DNA of 64,000 bases from an uncultured Acidobacteriota bacterium (GCA_963741955.1 CAVUKB010000005.1:1344001-1408000), one strand, 5' to 3'; shown: positions 20,973 to 30,540, counted from the first letter of the stretch. A program made the numbers and translations. The notes: generated by a model not told the origin, from the letters alone.

Positions 20973-22003
20973 TGTCCGCCTCCGACCGTCATTCACGACA
21001 GCGACTCTTCGCCCCCATCGGCTCTGCAGGTCAGGCCCGGATCGAGAACGCACGAATCGCGATCATCGGCTGCGGTGCGCTCGGTTCTCACTCCGCCGAG
21101 ATGCTCGCCAGAGCGGGGGTGGCGCGAACCACCCGCGGCGTTCTCCGGATCATCGACCGCGACTACGTCGACCTGTCGAATCTTCAGCGTCAGGCGCTCT
21201 TCGATCAGTCTGATGCGGAGCGCTCGAAACCAAAGGCGGTCGCAGCGGCCGATCACATCAGAGCGATCGATTGCGACTGCCGCGTCGAAGCGGTCGTCAG
21301 GGACTTCAATTCTTCGAACGCGGCCGAACTGCTGGAGGACGTCGATCTGGTCGTCGACGGGACGGACAATTACCAGACCAGATTCACCATCAACGATGCC
21401 GCCGTCGCCGCCGCCCGTCCCTGGATCTATGGCGGCGCCGTCGCCAGCCGCGGGATCGTCAGCTTCGTCGAACCGGGTGTCACACCCTGCTTCCGTTGTC
21501 TGATGGGCGAGATCCCGCCTCTCGGCAGCGGTGAGAGCTGCGAGACCGCCGGCATCATCACTCCGCTTCCCGCGCTCGTCTCGGCGCTTCAGGTCGCCGC
21601 TGCCCTCCGCTGGATCGCTGTAGGCACGTATGAATCGGGCGTTCTCCGCTTCGACGTCTGGACCGGCACATTCAGACGCACCCTCACCACGGCTGCCAGA
21701 AATCCGGACTGCCGGTCGTGCGGAACCCGCGAGCTTCCTTCTCTGGCAGCCAGCGCAGAGCATCTGGTCACGTTGTGCGGGCGCAATTCCGTCCAGCTGT
21801 TCTGGGACGTCCCGGTCAGTCTCGACGCTGCAGAGCGCCGCTTTTCGTCTGCCGGTCTGGTCGTCCATCGCCACGCGCAGTCCGTCACTACCGAGTTCTC
21901 GGAGGGGAAACTCACGCTCTTCTCGGACGGGAGGGTGATCGTCGAGGGAACGACGGACCCTCTCGAAGCAAAGTCGATCGTCGGTCGCCGTCTTGGAGGG
22001 TGA
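20972..22003 (+). CDS. ThiF/MoeB family adenylyltransferase
   Basis: GCGALG, IDRDYVDLSNLQRQ, DGTDN, CFRC and CRSC Zn motifs, C-terminal LCGRNSVQ extension. Confidence 0.92.
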   Translation: MSASDRHSRQRLFAPIGSAGQARIENARIAIIGCGALGSHSAEMLARAGVARTTRGVLRIIDRDYVDLSNLQRQALFDQSDAERSKPKAVAAADHIRAIDCDCRVEAVVRDFNSSNAAELLEDVDLVVDGTDNYQTRFTINDAAVAAARPWIYGGAVASRGIVSFVEPGVTPCFRCLMGEIPPLGSGESCETAGIITPLPALVSALQVAAALRWIAVGTYESGVLRFDVWTGTFRRTLTTAARNPDCRSCGTRELPSLAASAEHLVTLCGRNSVQLFWDVPVSLDAAERRFSSAGLVVHRHAQSVTTEFSEGKLTLFSDGRVIVEGTTDPLEAKSIVGRRLGG

Positions 22004-22004
22004 A

Positions 22005-22637
22005 ATGGTACGGAAGCTCACCATGCCCCCGGGAGGACCGTCCACGGATCAGATCGAGCAGATCGGATCGGTTCTGGACCAGGGAGAACTGGCCATTCTC
22101 CCGACCGACACGATCTACGGCTTTCACGCCGCTGCTCTCGACCCGGACGCCGTCGACTCGATCCGCAGCATCAAAGGAAGGCGCGACGACAAGCCGATCG
22201 TGGTTCTCTGTTCCGGCTTCGAACAGATCCGGCATCTCGGCGGCCGGCCAGCTCCCGAGGCGGAAGAATTCCTCAGGGGAACCTGGCCGGCACCTCTCAC
22301 GGCAATTCTCCCGCTGGTCGAGCCCATCCCTCCCTCCTCCGGCGAAGCCACCCTGGCGGTCCGGGTGCCGGATCTCGCCTGGCTGCGAAATCTGCTCGAC
22401 CGCACCGGACCCCTGGTATCAACCAGCGTCAACCGTAGCGGCGAGCCTCCGTGCAATGACCTTCATGATACGGCTCCGGATCTCCTCGAGCGGGTAGCGG
22501 TGATTCTCGATCAGGGCCCCCTCGAAGGGCGCGCTTCGACCGTGATCGACATGACCGTCGGCACACCTCGGGTGCTCCGTCAGGGCGAATTTTTCTTTTC
22601 ACAGAAACTGTGGAAAAGCGTGCGGAAAACGCTGTGA
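22005..22637 (+). CDS. tsaC: L-threonylcarbamoyladenylate synthase (TsaC/YrdC/Sua5 family)
   Basis: PTDTIYG, KGRRDDKP, WPAPLT, AVRVP, STSVNRSG, STVID. Confidence 0.92.
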   Translation: MVRKLTMPPGGPSTDQIEQIGSVLDQGELAILPTDTIYGFHAAALDPDAVDSIRSIKGRRDDKPIVVLCSGFEQIRHLGGRPAPEAEEFLRGTWPAPLTAILPLVEPIPPSSGEATLAVRVPDLAWLRNLLDRTGPLVSTSVNRSGEPPCNDLHDTAPDLLERVAVILDQGPLEGRASTVIDMTVGTPRVLRQGEFFFSQKLWKSVRKTL

Positions 22638-22770
22638 AAAACGTCCAAACCCTTCACCTGCTAGGCTCGCGAGCGATCTGCACAACGCATTGGGCTAAGT
22701 CGCGTAAGGTATTGATAAAGAAGCACTTGACGTAAATTCACAGAAATTTGCACCGAATAATACTTTCCTG
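22595..22770. other. DnaA-box cluster with IHF site; candidate replication origin or DnaA-binding locus
   Basis: TGTGGAAAA 22609, TGCGGAAAA 22621 and TGTGAAAAA 22633 (12-bp period); CTTTTCACA 22595; weaker boxes at 22676, 22734, 22746; IHF consensus TAAGGTATTGATA at 22705-22717; AT-rich. Confidence 0.65.
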
Positions 22771-22930
22771 TTCTGACTGCCATCCCGGGCAATTCGCTGA
22801 TTCTACAAGAGGATGACTTTCGTCACTGTCATGTGTGTCGGCCTGGGCCGCGAATCCGCCACTGTAGAACCGGGGTCCGCTCCCGTTCGAACCAGTCGAC
22901 TCCGGACAATTTTCGTCGTCCCGCGCCGGG

Positions 22931-22959
22931 TTGCAGCGGGGCCTCTTTCGCGCTACATT
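22931..22959 (+). promoter_or_regulatory. Putative sigma70 promoter of the cdd operon
   Basis: TTGCAG-17 bp-TACATT, 13 nt before ATG 22973. Confidence 0.4.
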
Positions 22960-22972
22960 CAGCCGCGTCCGT

Positions 22973-23374
22973 ATGCCCTCTAATCCCCGCCAGGAGCTCA
23001 TCCATCACGCAGCCGAGGCAAGGGAGCGAGCGATCGCGCCATTCTCGGGATTCAAAGTCGGCGCTGCACTCCGAACGCGCTCCGGAAAGATCTATCAAGG
23101 CTGCAACGTCGAGAACGCTTCCTATGGTTTGACCGTTTGCGCGGAGCGGGTCGCCCTCCTCTCTGCCCTGGCTGCCGGGGAACGTGAGTTCACGGCCGTA
23201 GCCGTCGTCACGCAGAGCGAGGAACCGTCCACCCCTTGCGGCCCATGCCGCCAGCTGATGTGGGAGTATTGTCGCGACATCGAGGTCATCCTCGCCAATC
23301 TCGACGGCGCCTCCCGCGATTTCAAGCTGTCGGAACTTTTCCCCCACCCCTTCGAGCTGCGTCCTGGAGAATGA
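22973..23374 (+). CDS. cdd: Cytidine deaminase
   Basis: APFSGFKVGAA, GCNVENASYGLTVCAER, PCGPCRQ. Confidence 0.95.
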   Translation: MPSNPRQELIHHAAEARERAIAPFSGFKVGAALRTRSGKIYQGCNVENASYGLTVCAERVALLSALAAGEREFTAVAVVTQSEEPSTPCGPCRQLMWEYCRDIEVILANLDGASRDFKLSELFPHPFELRPGE

Positions 23375-24768
23375 AGACGATGCGCAGGTATCTTGCTCTT
23401 TTCCTGGTACTGACCTTCTTCACCGTGCTGCCGATTCTGGCCGCGGAGAAGGTCGATCTTCTGGTCACCGGCGGAACCGTCGTCACGATGGCCGGACCGG
23501 ATATCAGTGATGGAGCCATCGCGATACGCGACGGCGAGATCGTCGCTGTCGGACCGGCCGCTGAGATCGCCGGCCATTACGAAGCTAAGGATCTGATCGA
23601 TGCGCACGGCATGGCCGTGCTTCCGGGCTTCGTCAACGCACACACGCACGCTCCGATGGTGTTGTTTCGCGGAATTGCCGACGACCGGTCCCTGATGGAC
23701 TGGTTGCAGAACTTCATTTTCCCCGCAGAGAAGAAGAACGTCGACAGAGATTTCGTCAAATGGGGAACCCGCCTTGCGGCGGCAGAGATGATCCGCTCCG
23801 GAACGACGACGTTCGTCGATATGTACTACTTCGAAGCCGACATCGCGCGCGAGACGCGGGCAGCCGGGCTTCGCGGCGTGCTCGGCGAGACGGTGATCGA
23901 CTTCCCTGCTCCGGACAACAAGACGTGGGACGACGCGATGAAGTACGTACGCGCGTATGCGGAGGAGTACAAATCCGATCCACTGATCGTTCCTGCGATC
24001 GCGCCTCACGCTCCATATACCGTGTCGGCGGAACACCTGAAGGACGTACGGAGACTGGCCGACGAACTGAAGATCCCCATTCTGATTCACCTGTCCGAGA
24101 CGACCGACGAAGTCGACGGCATCGTGAAGAAGAGCGGCATGCGGCCGGTTCCCTATCTCGATTCGCTCGGCTTCCTGGGACCCGACGTCATCGCTGCGCA
24201 TGGCATCTGGCTGACCGATGACGAGATGAAGGAGCTCGCGGCGAAAGGCGTCTCGGTCGCTCACTGCCCGCAGAGCAACATGATGCTCGCCTCAGGAGTC
24301 GCACCCGTAGTCGCTCTCCGGAAGGCCGGGGTGAACGTGGCACTCGGAACCGACGGCCCTGCCGGATCGAACGACAACCTCGATATGATCGAAGAGATGG
24401 CCACCGCTGCGCGCCTGCAGAAAGTCACCAATCGAGACCCTCGCGCCCTCGGTGCGCGCGACGTTCTCGAGATGGCGACCATCGATGGTGCTCGCGCGAT
24501 CGGCATGGCAGACCGCATCGGCTCGATCGAGAAAGGTAAGCGCGCCGACCTCGCGATCATCGATCTGAGCGGAGTGGAGACACAGCCGGTCTACTCCGTC
24601 GAATCTGCAATCGTCTATGCCGCCTCGGAACACCAGGTCTCGACCACAATCGTCGACGGCCGCATCCTGATGCGCAATCACCGGATTCTCAGCGTGAACG
24701 TTCCCGAGGCCCTTCGAAAGGCGAAGGAGTATCAACGGAAGATCTCGGCGAGCCTGGCCACTGAATGA
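23371..24768 (+). CDS. Amidohydrolase (MTA/SAH deaminase-like) with N-terminal signal peptide
   Basis: PGFVNAHTH, APHAPYT, IHLSET, AHGIW, HCPQSN, LGTDG. N-terminus MRRYLALFLVLTFFTVLPILA is signal-like. ATG 23371 or 23380. Confidence 0.9.
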   Translation: MKTMRRYLALFLVLTFFTVLPILAAEKVDLLVTGGTVVTMAGPDISDGAIAIRDGEIVAVGPAAEIAGHYEAKDLIDAHGMAVLPGFVNAHTHAPMVLFRGIADDRSLMDWLQNFIFPAEKKNVDRDFVKWGTRLAAAEMIRSGTTTFVDMYYFEADIARETRAAGLRGVLGETVIDFPAPDNKTWDDAMKYVRAYAEEYKSDPLIVPAIAPHAPYTVSAEHLKDVRRLADELKIPILIHLSETTDEVDGIVKKSGMRPVPYLDSLGFLGPDVIAAHGIWLTDDEMKELAAKGVSVAHCPQSNMMLASGVAPVVALRKAGVNVALGTDGPAGSNDNLDMIEEMATAARLQKVTNRDPRALGARDVLEMATIDGARAIGMADRIGSIEKGKRADLAIIDLSGVETQPVYSVESAIVYAASEHQVSTTIVDGRILMRNHRILSVNVPEALRKAKEYQRKISASLATE

Positions 24769-26618
24769 GAGAAACATACGTGGCCTTTCGCGGACTTCGA
24801 CGGTACTCGGCCCTGGTCGTTCTCCTCGCCGGAGTCCTTGGCTGCCGCCATGCCTCTCCGGAACCGGCGCGGCCGCTCCCGGCCTCGCCGGACCATGCGG
24901 CGAAGGTCGTGCTCATCTCGTATGACGGGACATCCGCAGACGAGATGGCAGCATTCGAGAGCGAAGGGATCTTTTCTCACTCCGGTTTTCTGAAGCTCGC
25001 CGCGGAAGGATATTCGGCGGAACGCGTTGTTCCGGTCAATCCCACCCTCACCTCGAGTACCCACATCGCGATCGTCACCGGCGCGACTCCCGAAAAGAGC
25101 GGGATCGTCTCGAACTGGCTCCACACTCCCGGAACCCCGCCCGACGACGAGACGAGCGGCTTCGCTGCTCCCATCCAGGTCGAAACGCTATGGGAAGCGG
25201 CGAAACGGCAAGGGAAGATCGTCGGCACGATCACCTACCCCGGGCTCGATGGCAACGGACCCGGGCGCACCGCAGATTGGGGTCTGATCTACACCGAGCC
25301 CGTAGTCCCGTCGAAGATCGTCTCACTCGGCCGCCGAGATTTCACCGACGAGTGGGTTCCTGACGGATGGAGCCGGCGAATGGACGCCCGCTCCTTCAGC
25401 CCGCTGCGAAAAGCCCGCATCGTCTGGGCGCTCCACGTTGCCGGGAAGGACTGGAGCGTACCGGTGACGCTCGTCGCGCTCGATACGACGGACGACCACC
25501 GGGAGAACTACGATCGGATCGAAGTGGAGTTGCCGAACGGCCCGGCAGCTCAGGATCCGGGAGGATGGTTTCCTGTCTCGCGGGAGGTCGCCGAGAAAGG
25601 GTCGTCGTATCTCTACGGTTCCTGGTCCAAGGTCATCTCGTTCGATCCGCAGCTCTCCAGAGTCGTCGTCTATCAAGGTCCGATCTCGAGGACTCTCGGC
25701 TATCCCGACAGTTACCGTCAGATGATCGATCGCGAAGTCGGCTTCTGGCCCGGCCCACCCGACTCCCGCTTCGCTGCCGCGTGGCTCGCGAACAGGAGCG
25801 GCATCGAGCCGGAGATCTTCGTTCAGCAGCTTCAGCGCTTTTCGGATTTCTTCACGCGCGCGACGCTGGTGTCGATGCAGAAGATGGAGTTCGACCTGCT
25901 GCTCGGATATCAGCCGATCGTCGACGAAGCGGAGCATCAGTTCCGGATCGAGAACGATCAGCAGGAATTCTCGACCGCCGAAAACCGGCGAGCCGGAAGG
26001 GAAGTCCGAATTGCGGCCTACCGCAAGTTCGATCAGTCACTCGCTGAGATCTCGAGCTCCCTTCCCGTGGGCGGTGCGCTGGTCGTCACCGGGGATCACG
26101 GACTTGCGCCGACCGACACCACGGTCCAGATGAATCGGTTACTGGTGAAGTGGGGGTACGGCAGTTCCGAACCCGACGGACGACGTCTCGATGGTGACAG
26201 GGGATGGAAAGCGATTACTTCCGGGAACGTCGCGGAGATCTACGGATTCAATGGGGAGCCAACGCGGTCGGGCGCGGAGCTGGTGAGTAAGCTCAAAGCG
26301 CTTCGGAGTCCGGATGGCGCTCCGGTTTTCGAGAAGGTCGAGCGAAAGGGGGCCGGCTCGAACGCGAACGCGGGCGACATCGTCGCCGTCGCGTGGCCAC
26401 GATTCTCGCTCTCTCCTTCAGTCAGCGGCGAAGTCTTCGTGAAGACGACGCACTACGGGACGCACGGCGGACTCAATCACCACCCGGAATTTCATACGAT
26501 CTTCGCCGCGTGGGGCCAGGGGGTCACGCCAGGCAGGACGCCATCGATGCAGCAGACGGAGATCGCCCGATTCGTCTCCGAGCTCCTCGGAATCGATCCT
26601 CCTGCGGCCGCTCAGTAG
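24765..26618 (+). CDS. Alkaline phosphatase superfamily, nucleotide pyrophosphatase/phosphodiesterase-type lipoprotein
   Basis: Lipobox VLG|C; ISYDG, PTLTSSTH (Thr nucleophile), TGDHG, YGTHG. Confidence 0.85.
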   Translation: MRETYVAFRGLRRYSALVVLLAGVLGCRHASPEPARPLPASPDHAAKVVLISYDGTSADEMAAFESEGIFSHSGFLKLAAEGYSAERVVPVNPTLTSSTHIAIVTGATPEKSGIVSNWLHTPGTPPDDETSGFAAPIQVETLWEAAKRQGKIVGTITYPGLDGNGPGRTADWGLIYTEPVVPSKIVSLGRRDFTDEWVPDGWSRRMDARSFSPLRKARIVWALHVAGKDWSVPVTLVALDTTDDHRENYDRIEVELPNGPAAQDPGGWFPVSREVAEKGSSYLYGSWSKVISFDPQLSRVVVYQGPISRTLGYPDSYRQMIDREVGFWPGPPDSRFAAAWLANRSGIEPEIFVQQLQRFSDFFTRATLVSMQKMEFDLLLGYQPIVDEAEHQFRIENDQQEFSTAENRRAGREVRIAAYRKFDQSLAEISSSLPVGGALVVTGDHGLAPTDTTVQMNRLLVKWGYGSSEPDGRRLDGDRGWKAITSGNVAEIYGFNGEPTRSGAELVSKLKALRSPDGAPVFEKVERKGAGSNANAGDIVAVAWPRFSLSPSVSGEVFVKTTHYGTHGGLNHHPEFHTIFAAWGQGVTPGRTPSMQQTEIARFVSELLGIDPPAAAQ

Positions 26619-26854
26619 TCCTGCGTGACCTGAGGAAATCTCCAGCGCGCTTCACGGAGCTCCTCTTCGAGAATCTCCTGTTCCGGAATCCCGTCGAGCT
26701 GTGGAACACTCCAGTTCGAGAGCCACATCGGGTTGACGTAAGGGAGCACTGCGATCTGATCGATTCGATGAGGGAGTCCTCTCTTCTCGAATCGATCGTT
26801 CAGATACGCAACCACGTCGCGCGACGTGGGAATCGCGTCACTGTCACGAGTCAA
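26612..26854 (-). CDS. Hypothetical protein (80 aa)
   Basis: TTG start overlaps the NtrC gene stop and follows AAGGAGA; globular-looking sequence (VLPYVNPMWLSNW). Confidence 0.65.
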   Translation of the reverse strand: MTRDSDAIPTSRDVVAYLNDRFEKRGLPHRIDQIAVLPYVNPMWLSNWSVPQLDGIPEQEILEEELREARWRFPQVTQDY

Positions 26855-28251
26855 AGTCGTTCTCCTTCGTCGCCTACTTCGATCGCCAGATCCCGGATCC
26901 GGTTCAGGAGCGTTCGATAGCTGATACCGAGCCGGTCGGCCGCGGCCTGCCGCGTATCGGTTCCTTCCAGCGCCTCGACGATCTTCACCCGCTCCACGCA
27001 AGAGACGATCCGGTCCACGGCTTCCTGAAGCGTCCCCGACAGATCGCAACTGCCGCGGAGGACGGCGAGTGGATCCACCGTGCTGGCGGAGATCGCGAGA
27101 CTCTCGAGATCGACCACGCCGCGATCGCTGAGAATGATCGCGCGCTCGATGCAGTTCTCCAGCTCCCGGACATTTCCCGGCCACGAATGGCTCCGAAGCG
27201 CCGCCATTGCGCGGTCCGTGATCCGGATGGAATCCTTTCCCATCTCCCGTGTGAATCGATCCACGAAGTGAGCCACGAGCCCGTCGATGTCGCTACGACG
27301 TTCGCGCAACGGCGGAATCTCGACCGGAAAGACGTGGATTCTGAAGAACAGATCCTGCCGAAACGTACCGGCGTTCACGAGCTCGTGCAGATTCCGGTTC
27401 GTTGCGCAGACGATGCGTACGTCGACGTCGACCGAGGCCGTCCCTCCGACCCGCTCGAATCGGCGCTCCTGCAGAACCCGGAGAAACTTGGACTGCACGG
27501 AGAGGCCGAGGTCCCCGATCTCATCGAGAAAGATCGTTCCTCCGTCGGCGAGCTCGAACTTTCCGAGCTTCCGCCCCCCGGCGCCGGTGTAAGCGCCTTT
27601 CTCGTGCCCGAAAAGCTCGTTCTCGAGAAGGCTTTCAGGAATCGCCGCGCAGTTGATCGCGACGAAAGGGCGGTTCTTTCTCGGGGAAATCTGGTGCAAG
27701 GCGCGCGCGAAAAGTTCTTTCCCGGTCCCCGATTCTCCCAGGAGCATGACGGTGGTGTCCGTCGGCGCCACCTTCTGGATCTGCTTCGAGACCGCCACGA
27801 TCTCGGCAGAGTCACCTACGATCTCCGGGATCCCTTTTTCTCTCCGATACTCTTCTCTGAGGATCAGGTTCTCGGTTCGAAGAGCGCGCAATTCCGAGCA
27901 TCGGCGAACGAGCAGAATCAGGTGATCGACATCGATCGGCTTCTGGATGAAATCGAACGCGCCGAGTCTCATCGCCTCCACCGCGGTCTCGATCGTTCCG
28001 AAGCCGGTGGTGACGATTACCGGGCATTCCGGGTCGGATTCCCTCATCGCCCGCAATACCGCCAGCCCATCCTTTCCCGGAAGTCGCAGATCGGTGATCA
28101 TCACCGTGAAGCGCGCACCTTTTTCGATTTTCTCGACCGCTTCGCTCCCACTGCCCGACCAATCCACTTCGAAACCTTCGGCGGCAAACGCCTCGCGCAG
28201 CATCTCCGCGAGCGATTGCTTGTCCTCGACAAGGAGCATCCGGCTGGTCAC
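26851..28251 (-). CDS. Sigma54-dependent response regulator, NtrC family
   Basis: REC domain (VED, TDLRLP), GESGTGKE, FGHEKGAYTGA, FLDEIG, WPGNVRELEN, Fis-type HTH. Confidence 0.95.
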   Translation of the reverse strand: MTSRMLLVEDKQSLAEMLREAFAAEGFEVDWSGSGSEAVEKIEKGARFTVMITDLRLPGKDGLAVLRAMRESDPECPVIVTTGFGTIETAVEAMRLGAFDFIQKPIDVDHLILLVRRCSELRALRTENLILREEYRREKGIPEIVGDSAEIVAVSKQIQKVAPTDTTVMLLGESGTGKELFARALHQISPRKNRPFVAINCAAIPESLLENELFGHEKGAYTGAGGRKLGKFELADGGTIFLDEIGDLGLSVQSKFLRVLQERRFERVGGTASVDVDVRIVCATNRNLHELVNAGTFRQDLFFRIHVFPVEIPPLRERRSDIDGLVAHFVDRFTREMGKDSIRITDRAMAALRSHSWPGNVRELENCIERAIILSDRGVVDLESLAISASTVDPLAVLRGSCDLSGTLQEAVDRIVSCVERVKIVEALEGTDTRQAAADRLGISYRTLLNRIRDLAIEVGDEGERL

Positions 28252-29669
28252 CGTCGTCGACTCTCCAATCCGAAATACGTGCGAATGCGCCCGACGAGCG
28301 TCATCTGTTCCGCCTCTGCCACTTCCGGGGGCCGGCGAATTTCCAGCCGTGCACGACGTTCGACGACGACCGCCGAGATCGCCGCGGCGAGATCGGGCGA
28401 GTGCTCCAGGATGGGCCGCAGTGACCTCTTGTGAATTTCCAGCAGGATCACGTCACGGCGGGCGATCACGTCCGCGCTTCGCGGTTCGCCGGTGAGGAGG
28501 GCCATCTCTCCGAACACGTCGCCCTCACTCAGGTGAGCGACGTTGCGTTGAACTCCCCTCTCCCGGACGAGCACGTCGAGAGCCCCCTGGTGCACGATGA
28601 ACATCGAATCGCCCATGTCTCCGAAGCGAATGACCGCTTCCCCTGTGGCGAAGCGTCGGAGCTCGATCGACGAGGCGAGCTCTTCGAGCAGCTCTGCTCC
28701 GAGAGGCGTGAGAAGCTCGACCTCGCTGATCCGCGACAGAATCTCGTCTCGGCTGACTTCCACCACCGGTTCGACGCGCTCGTAGTTCTGGACTGTACGG
28801 ATCGGAAAGGGTATGGAGATACCTTCCCGACGGAAGCCGTACCAGAGACAGCGACGGATTTCGGCATCGATGCTGTCGCGGCGTGCATACACGCGGGTGT
28901 GGTATTTCAACTCGTACCTCACCGACGATTCGTCGAACGAGGCGACTCGTGCGATCGGAGGAACTTCACTCGAGACTTCGGGTACGTTCAGCGCCGCATC
29001 CACGAGGGCGCGAATCACCTTCGCCGGCGGATGTTCGTACGATACACCGACCGACAACACCCTCCCATTCAGATGATCCTGCGGAAACACTTCGATCCGT
29101 TCGCGTGAGATCAGAGAGTTCGGCAGGACGATGTAGTTGTCGTTGAACGTCCGGATTCGCGTCGACCTCCAGCGAGTGCTTTCGACCACGCCGAGCGAGT
29201 CTCCGATCCGCACGACGTCACCTTCGCTGAAGCTTTGCTCCATGTGGAGCGCGATGCCGCCGATCAGATTCCCCAGGGTGTCCTGCAGAGCGAGACCGAC
29301 CACCGCTGCGACGACCGTTCCGGTCGTCAGGAGCGCTCCGATCGCGTAGTGAAAAATGGATGAAACAGCCCAGCCGATGAAGACGAAATAGAGCGCGATC
29401 GCGACGACTTCCCTCAGAATGCGAGGCGGCTGAAAACCACTGTCACGGATCAGAAGCCGATCGAAGATAACGTGGTTGACGAGTTGCACCACGAAAACGA
29501 TCAGCGCGAGAACCGCCGCAAACCGCAGATACTCGAGGTTTGGGCCAAGTACGATCTTCCCGATCTCCCCCATCCGGCCCGCAGGCGGCGCGATGTGCGA
29601 CAGGACGAGTCTCGTGCCGAAAAGAATCGAGCTCAGGATCAGGGGAACCGTGTAACGCCACGTCTTCAT
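28248..29669 (-). CDS. MscS family mechanosensitive channel with C-terminal cyclic-nucleotide-binding domain
   Basis: VGLALQDTLGNLIGG, GDVVRIG, LPNS; cNMP domain GDVFGEMALLTGEPRSADV. Confidence 0.92.
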   Translation of the reverse strand: MKTWRYTVPLILSSILFGTRLVLSHIAPPAGRMGEIGKIVLGPNLEYLRFAAVLALIVFVVQLVNHVIFDRLLIRDSGFQPPRILREVVAIALYFVFIGWAVSSIFHYAIGALLTTGTVVAAVVGLALQDTLGNLIGGIALHMEQSFSEGDVVRIGDSLGVVESTRWRSTRIRTFNDNYIVLPNSLISRERIEVFPQDHLNGRVLSVGVSYEHPPAKVIRALVDAALNVPEVSSEVPPIARVASFDESSVRYELKYHTRVYARRDSIDAEIRRCLWYGFRREGISIPFPIRTVQNYERVEPVVEVSRDEILSRISEVELLTPLGAELLEELASSIELRRFATGEAVIRFGDMGDSMFIVHQGALDVLVRERGVQRNVAHLSEGDVFGEMALLTGEPRSADVIARRDVILLEIHKRSLRPILEHSPDLAAAISAVVVERRARLEIRRPPEVAEAEQMTLVGRIRTYFGLESRRR

Positions 29670-30259
29670 AACGCGCGTACCGCCTCGAGAATACGATCGA
29701 GCGGCTCGTCCTCCATGTACAACGTGATTCCGGCCACCCCCGCGACGGGGACGCCCCGCAGCTGGGAGAGATTCCCGGCCGAGAATCCGCCGAGAGCGAA
29801 AACGTCCACTCCCGATCCGACCGCCCGCCGGAGATCTTCGAGCGACACGCCACTCGCTCCATGCTTCGATCTCGGGGGGTGGACCGGGCCGAGAAGCACG
29901 TAGTCGAACCCCTCCTGCGCCGCTCGACCGACATCATCGAGTGAATGACACGAACGGCCGACGAGCAACCCCGGCGCAGCCGAGCGAACCGCAGTAGAAG
30001 AAACAGCGTTCGAGGCGAGATGAACCCCGTCGAGTCCTTCGTCAATCGCAACGTCGATCCGTCCGTTGATCAGGAGTCGCGTCGATGAACCCGCCGTTCG
30101 CCGGCGGCACTCGCGTGCGATGGCCGCCGCTTCGGGAGCGGGAAGTGTCTTCGCCCTCAGCTGAATGATGTCCACTCCGAGAGTGGCCAGGCGCTCCACT
30201 CGCCGGAAAAAGCGTTCATCCGGTGCGCGTTCCAGGTTCGCGATCGCATAGCTCTTCAT
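29666..30259 (-). CDS. Thiamine phosphate synthase/TenI family protein
   Basis: IQLRAK, DGVHL, GRSCHS, DYVLLGPV, ALGG. ATG 30259 is coupled to the upstream stop. Confidence 0.85.
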   Translation of the reverse strand: MKSYAIANLERAPDERFFRRVERLATLGVDIIQLRAKTLPAPEAAAIARECRRRTAGSSTRLLINGRIDVAIDEGLDGVHLASNAVSSTAVRSAAPGLLVGRSCHSLDDVGRAAQEGFDYVLLGPVHPPRSKHGASGVSLEDLRRAVGSGVDVFALGGFSAGNLSQLRGVPVAGVAGITLYMEDEPLDRILEAVRAL

Positions 30260-30501
30260 CACTGCACATCGCGCTGGCGGCGCGCCTCGATCAATGACGC
30301 GACCTCGCGGAAGCCCGCGAGAATGTGAACGATTCCGAACCCCGAGACGAAACCGCGAAAAAAAAGATTCGTGACCACTGCTCCAATCCATGGAGCAGAG
30401 TGAAGCAACGGATCGAGACTCCAGAACCTCGTCCACGGGACGATCAGAAAGAAGATCCCTGCCTCGAAACAGTAGAGCGCGAAAAGAAAGGCCGCGGCCA
30501 T
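30259..30501 (-). CDS. Small membrane protein of unknown function
   Basis: Two hydrophobic segments (FEAGIFFLIVPW; FRGFVSGFG); coupled to the downstream gene. Confidence 0.7.
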   Translation of the reverse strand: MAAAFLFALYCFEAGIFFLIVPWTRFWSLDPLLHSAPWIGAVVTNLFFRGFVSGFGIVHILAGFREVASLIEARRQRDVQ

Positions 30502-30510
30502 GCAGGTCTC

Positions 30511-30540
30511 ATTGTAGGAGCGAATGGAAAACGAGATCAA
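30511..30540 (-). promoter_or_regulatory. Putative sigma70 promoter, nearly leaderless
   Basis: TTGATC-18 bp-TACAAT, 9 nt before ATG 30501. Confidence 0.45.

Noticed and set aside
22805-22905. CCGCCACTGTA resembling a cobalamin riboswitch core
   Set aside because: Other conserved elements (AGGGAA, B12 box) are not convincingly present, and the downstream gene is cdd.
26600-26860. Strand convergence point as a replication terminus/dif site
   Set aside because: No dif-like XerC/XerD sequence was seen; the convergent genes simply overlap.
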